In this document: positions 60,610 through 64,000 of the stretch, in pieces
Layout: the number at the start of each line of letters is the position of its first letter
How positions within the stretch are numbered: position 1 is the stretch's first letter
Source: an uncultured Chloroflexia bacterium
Lineage (GTDB): Bacteria; Chloroflexota; Limnocylindria; Limnocylindrales; CSP1-4
Direction of reading: 5' to 3'
Length of the DNA: 64,000 nucleotides
Assembly: GCA_963746845.1 (NCBI GenBank)
Contig: CAVVCZ010000005.1
Span: 448,001 to 512,000 of the forward strand
Position numbers and translations under genes: made by a program
The notes under the pieces: model-generated
Database searches by the model: none
The model's input: only the letters and a program-made list of their open reading frames with translations
What the model was told of the DNA's origin: nothing

Positions 60610-61260
60610 TCAGAGCAGAACGACGGCGCTGTCTCCCGGTTCGAGACCCTGACCGAGCGCACCGAGCACGCGCCGGGCATGGCCGCGCATCCCGACGAAC
60701 GCGGCCGGCGCCGCCGCGAGGGCTCGGCGGTTTCGGCGGGTGTTCGCGACGACGAGGATCACCCGAGCCATGCCGCTGTCACGCTTCTTGAGGGCGATCC
60801 GACGCTCGAGCGCCTGCAGATCGTCAAGGACGGTCTCGGCCTCCACGGCGATCGCCCAACCGTCCCCGCTCACGACCGCGTCCCACGCGCGAAGGTCGCC
60901 GTCAAGCGGCAACGGGACCTCGGTACGCCACCGGAGTCGCGCTCCGACGCGCGGGCGAAACCGCGCGAGCAACCGCTGCTGCCCGACGTCCCGGATCGGA
61001 TCGCCCGACGGGAACACGCGGAGCCGGAGCTCTTGACCGACGGTGGCCGCCATCGCCGCGAGCAGTCGGAGGTCCGGGTTGAGGGTTTCGCCGGATACGA
61101 CCCGAGCCGCGGTCGAGCCGTCGACGTGACACGCCGCACCGATCGTGTCGAAGCTCAACCCGGCATTGCGACGACCCGAGCCGATGTCCAGGAGGACACG
61201 GTGGAGGTCCTCCTCGATCCGACGAACCGCCCGATCGACGGGCCGCGAACGAGTTCCCAT
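60610..61260 (-). CDS. XRE-like HTH fused to a Vsr/DUF559-like restriction-endonuclease fold
   Basis: RRNAGLS..TIG....V..ST..RV..GE HTH; EVPL...RAWD.......AVEAET acidic motif; CATGAT -10 box 6 nt before ATG. Confidence 0.65.
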   Translation of the reverse strand: MGTRSRPVDRAVRRIEEDLHRVLLDIGSGRRNAGLSFDTIGAACHVDGSTAARVVSGETLNPDLRLLAAMAATVGQELRLRVFPSGDPIRDVGQQRLLARFRPRVGARLRWRTEVPLPLDGDLRAWDAVVSGDGWAIAVEAETVLDDLQALERRIALKKRDSGMARVILVVANTRRNRRALAAAPAAFVGMRGHARRVLGALGQGLEPGDSAVVLL

Positions 61261-61316
61261 GATCCGATCATGCCGGTCCTGCCTTCGCTGGCGGTTCGCT
61301 CGTCATGACCTGCCAA

Positions 61317-61468
61317 CCACGCGCTGGCTGCGTCAAACGACCGGCCAACGGCTGGTGAGGCGCCAGAAGACTCGACAGATCACTCCTCCCGGGTCATTTG
61401 CTGCATCGAACGCGTCCGATGACGCCTTGTTGGCGGACCGAGCGTCGGTTGACGCGCTCTGCGCGTCG
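61317..61468. repeat. 152-bp palindromic element, copy B (upstream of nuclease gene)
   Basis: Ends CCACGCGC-N4-TGCGTCAAACG and CGGTTGACGCG-N4-GCGCGTCG; direct diverged copy of 60447-60598. Confidence 0.85.
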
Positions 61469-61520
61469 GGCGCGCGGAACGGCGGCTGGCGCGCGCGAGT
61501 CGGCGGCCGGACGACCCCGG

Positions 61521-62192
61521 TTACTCGTCCCAGTGGCGGTCGGCGGGGTGGATGTCCGGGCGTCGGCGATGGAGCCAGTCGCGGATCGCCCAGTACGAGG
61601 TCTTGAACGCGATCCCGGGCCACGGGATCGCCTCGGGGGAGAACGCCTGGATCTCGAGCGCCTCGGGGTTGAGACGCGGCGTGCCGCCGACGACACGCGC
61701 TTCGAACGCCAACACCACGACGGCCGCCTCCAGCCGCGAGTACAGCCCGACGATCTCGCCCGGCTCGACGACCAGACCGGTCTCCTCGAGCGTCTCGCGG
61801 ACCGCGGCCTCACCGACGGTCTCGTCGACCTCGAGGAAGCCGCCGGGCTGCGCCCACCACCCGCGGCCCGGATCGATCCCGCGACGAAGCAGGACGACCT
61901 CGCCGGCATCGGTCACCGGGATCGTCGTGACGACGAGCCGCGGATTGACGTAGGCGATGTGCCCGCACGCCGGGCAGCCGAGCCGGTCGCGGTCCTCGCC
62001 CTCGATCGGGCCGAAGGTCAGCTCGGTGCCGCAGCGCGAGCAGTAGTTGAGCATCGCGGCCATCCACGACGGGACGCCGCCGCCGGACGGGATGCCCGTC
62101 GAGCGAGCGTCCGGGCCGCGACCGAAGACGTCGAGCAGCTCGCCCGCCTCGTCGGGCATGCCACCGAGCGACGAGTTGCCGGATCCGATCAT
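61521..62192 (-). CDS. NUDIX hydrolase with N-terminal zinc ribbon
   Basis: YCSRCG...CPACG..AYVNP, Nudix box GGFLEVDETVGEAAVRETLEETG. Confidence 0.92.
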   Translation of the reverse strand: MIGSGNSSLGGMPDEAGELLDVFGRGPDARSTGIPSGGGVPSWMAAMLNYCSRCGTELTFGPIEGEDRDRLGCPACGHIAYVNPRLVVTTIPVTDAGEVVLLRRGIDPGRGWWAQPGGFLEVDETVGEAAVRETLEETGLVVEPGEIVGLYSRLEAAVVVLAFEARVVGGTPRLNPEALEIQAFSPEAIPWPGIAFKTSYWAIRDWLHRRRPDIHPADRHWDE

Positions 62193-62650
62193 GCGATCAG
62201 GACCGCGAACGACGCGGCGACGAGGGCGGACAGGCCGATGACGCTGACCGCGACCCAGGCGAGGCGGAACAACCCCTTCGTGCGATCGACCGGCATCCAC
62301 GCCCAGGCCGACCGCCAGATCCGGACGAGCGCATCGGCGGTGGTGACGACGAGGAGCGGCGCCGCGATGAGCACGCACAGCTTGATCAGGGGGCTGCCGA
62401 GCGGGGCGCCAAGCTCCAGCGCGGTGATCGCGATCGCGCCGAGGATCAGGACCGGCACCGACAGCAGGACGTAATGCTTCTGGAGCGGCGTCGGGGCGGT
62501 CTCGGGGACGGATCGCGGCGGAAGGCCCTGGAGGCTCGGCGGAAGGCTCGGCGCCGCGACCGGACGGCGGCTGGGTACGGCCGCGGGCGCAGTCGCGACC
62601 CCCTGCCGATCCAGGACCGGCATCCCCTGCTCCCAGCGCTCGTCGTCCAT
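62189..62650 (-). CDS. Hypothetical membrane protein (3 TM)
   Basis: Pro-rich N-terminus, three hydrophobic segments, ATGA overlap with NUDIX gene, TACACT upstream. Confidence 0.7.
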   Translation of the reverse strand: MDDERWEQGMPVLDRQGVATAPAAVPSRRPVAAPSLPPSLQGLPPRSVPETAPTPLQKHYVLLSVPVLILGAIAITALELGAPLGSPLIKLCVLIAAPLLVVTTADALVRIWRSAWAWMPVDRTKGLFRLAWVAVSVIGLSALVAASFAVLIA

Positions 62651-62721
62651 CAGGGGCCGAGTGTACGACCGGCCGTTGAACAGCCTCTGGCGCACTTGCG
62701 TCGCCTGCCACACTGCGGCCC

Positions 62722-63471
62722 ATGGACCATCGCAGCGGGTATGCCGACGTCAACGGGATCCGGATGTATCACGAGATCCACGGGGATGGGCCTCCGTTGC
62801 TCGTCCTGCACGGCGGGACGTGCACGATCGACCTGCCCGGGATGGAGATCCCGTTCTTTGCGACTGCCTTCGAGGTCATCGCGCCCGAGCAGGTCGCGCA
62901 CGGCCGGACCTCTGATCGCCCGGACCGGGACCTCCACTACCACGACATGGCCGAGGATACGGTCGAGCTCCTCCGACAACTGAACATCGGTCCGGTCTCG
63001 GTGTTCGGGTTCAGCGACGGGGGCATCGTCGGGCTCGACCTCGCGATCCACCATCCGGACCTCGTGTCGAAGCTCGTGGTGACGGGTACGAATTTCCGCA
63101 CGGATGGCCTCGTGTCCGGCACGGCCGCGTGGCTCGCGACGGTCAAGCCCGAGGACTGGCCCGAGGAATTCCGGCTCGAATACGAGCGACTTTCCCCCGA
63201 CGGCGCCGCCCACTGGCCCGACGTGATCGGGCGCCTCAAGCAACTGTGGGCGAGCGAGCCGAACTACACCGACGAGGAGATGGCGAGCATCTCCGCGCCG
63301 ACGCTCGTCGTCGCAGGAGACCGCGACGCGATCACCGCGGAGCATGCCGTTGCGATGTACCGGGCGATCCCCGATGCACAGCTGTGCATCGTTCCGCATG
63401 CCGGGCATGGCGCCATGGCGCGAGAGCAGGTCGCCGCATTCCTCCAGGAGCCGGCCGCGGTCGTCGCCTGA
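62722..63471 (+). CDS. Alpha/beta fold hydrolase
   Basis: LLVLHGG, HGRT, GFSDGG, AGDRD, AGH. Confidence 0.9.
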   Translation: MDHRSGYADVNGIRMYHEIHGDGPPLLVLHGGTCTIDLPGMEIPFFATAFEVIAPEQVAHGRTSDRPDRDLHYHDMAEDTVELLRQLNIGPVSVFGFSDGGIVGLDLAIHHPDLVSKLVVTGTNFRTDGLVSGTAAWLATVKPEDWPEEFRLEYERLSPDGAAHWPDVIGRLKQLWASEPNYTDEEMASISAPTLVVAGDRDAITAEHAVAMYRAIPDAQLCIVPHAGHGAMAREQVAAFLQEPAAVVA

Positions 63472-63492
63472 GCGTCGGCCGGAGGCAGGCCA

Positions 63493-63990
63493 CTACAACC
63501 CGTCGTTCGCGGGGTCGGCCGCGATCGCGGCGGACTGGGCGGCCCGCCGCGCGACGATCCGATCCCGGAGTCCGGAATCGGACACGGCGAGGATCGCGGC
63601 GGCGAGCAGGCCGGCGTTCTCCCCGTTACCGACGCCGACCGTCGCGACCGGGACGCCCTTGGGCATCTGGACGATCGCGAGCAACGCGTCGAGGCCATCG
63701 GAGACGCCCCCTGGCATCGGGACGCCGATGACCGGCAGGGTGGTCTGCGAGGCGACGACCCCCGGCAGGTGCGCGGCGAGCCCGGCGATCGCGATCACGA
63801 CGCCGATCCCCCGCTCGTCGAAAGACCCGATCCACGCAGACAGCAGGTCCGGAGCGCGATGGGCGGAGATCACCCGCGTCTCCGACCCGACACCCAGCTC
63901 GTCGAGGACCGCTGCGGCCTTCTCGGCCGCGGCGATGTCGCTCCGGCTGCCCACCACGATCCCGACCCGGTTCGAACCCTGCACGCTCAA
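63493..63990 (-). CDS. purE: N5-CAIR mutase PurE
   Basis: [39 protein letters not shown]. Confidence 0.95.
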   Translation of the reverse strand: MSVQGSNRVGIVVGSRSDIAAAEKAAAVLDELGVGSETRVISAHRAPDLLSAWIGSFDERGIGVVIAIAGLAAHLPGVVASQTTLPVIGVPMPGGVSDGLDALLAIVQMPKGVPVATVGVGNGENAGLLAAAILAVSDSGLRDRIVARRAAQSAAIAADPANDGL

Positions 63991-64000
63991 CTCCCGTCTG

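Noticed and set aside
57663-60680. Apparent 1005-aa potassium channel fusion
   Set aside because: The N-terminal part is antisense to the ALDH gene; the real start is near 58763.
60447-61468. Classical IS element or composite transposon
   Set aside because: No DDE, HUH or recombinase motifs and no clear target-site duplication; reported instead as a candidate non-classical system.
1-64000. tRNA, rRNA or riboswitch genes
   Set aside because: No recognisable cloverleaf, rRNA or riboswitch consensus in the short intergenic regions; an Infernal scan was not possible.

Overview
Very GC-rich (roughly 70%, estimated by eye), densely coding bacterial chromosome segment with about 60 genes. Gene content and many leaderless promoters suggest an environmental Chloroflexota (Limnocylindria-like) or actinobacterial-type genome; this is an inference. 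Ordinary content: an osmoprotectant-type ABC transporter, glycosyltransferases, a secreted subtilase, a MarR-controlled heterodimeric ABC exporter, a split phenylacetate (paa) pathway with a PaaR-type operator, acyl-ACP desaturase, fumC, sodC, a GlnA4-like gamma-glutamylation amine catabolic set, ppgK, a K+ channel and purE. No rRNA, tRNA, CRISPR array or classical transposase was seen. Most notable: (1) a stand-alone HTH plus Vsr/DUF559-like nuclease gene (60610-61260) bracketed by two diverged, equal-length 152-bp palindromic elements, a REP/RAYT-like arrangement with a different nuclease class; (2) a SARP-BTAD-STAND NTPase-TM-BMP transmembrane one-component receptor, with matching 11-bp-period SARP-type boxes before itself and before an adjacent lipoprotein gene; (3) a 9-GAF hybrid kinase/Hpt/REC-GAF-cyclase phosphorelay whose cyclase has non-canonical residues; (4) a sodC-led operon with tandem PadR/membrane-protein pairs under a double palindromic operator. 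Protein calls come from motif recognition only; no database search was run.
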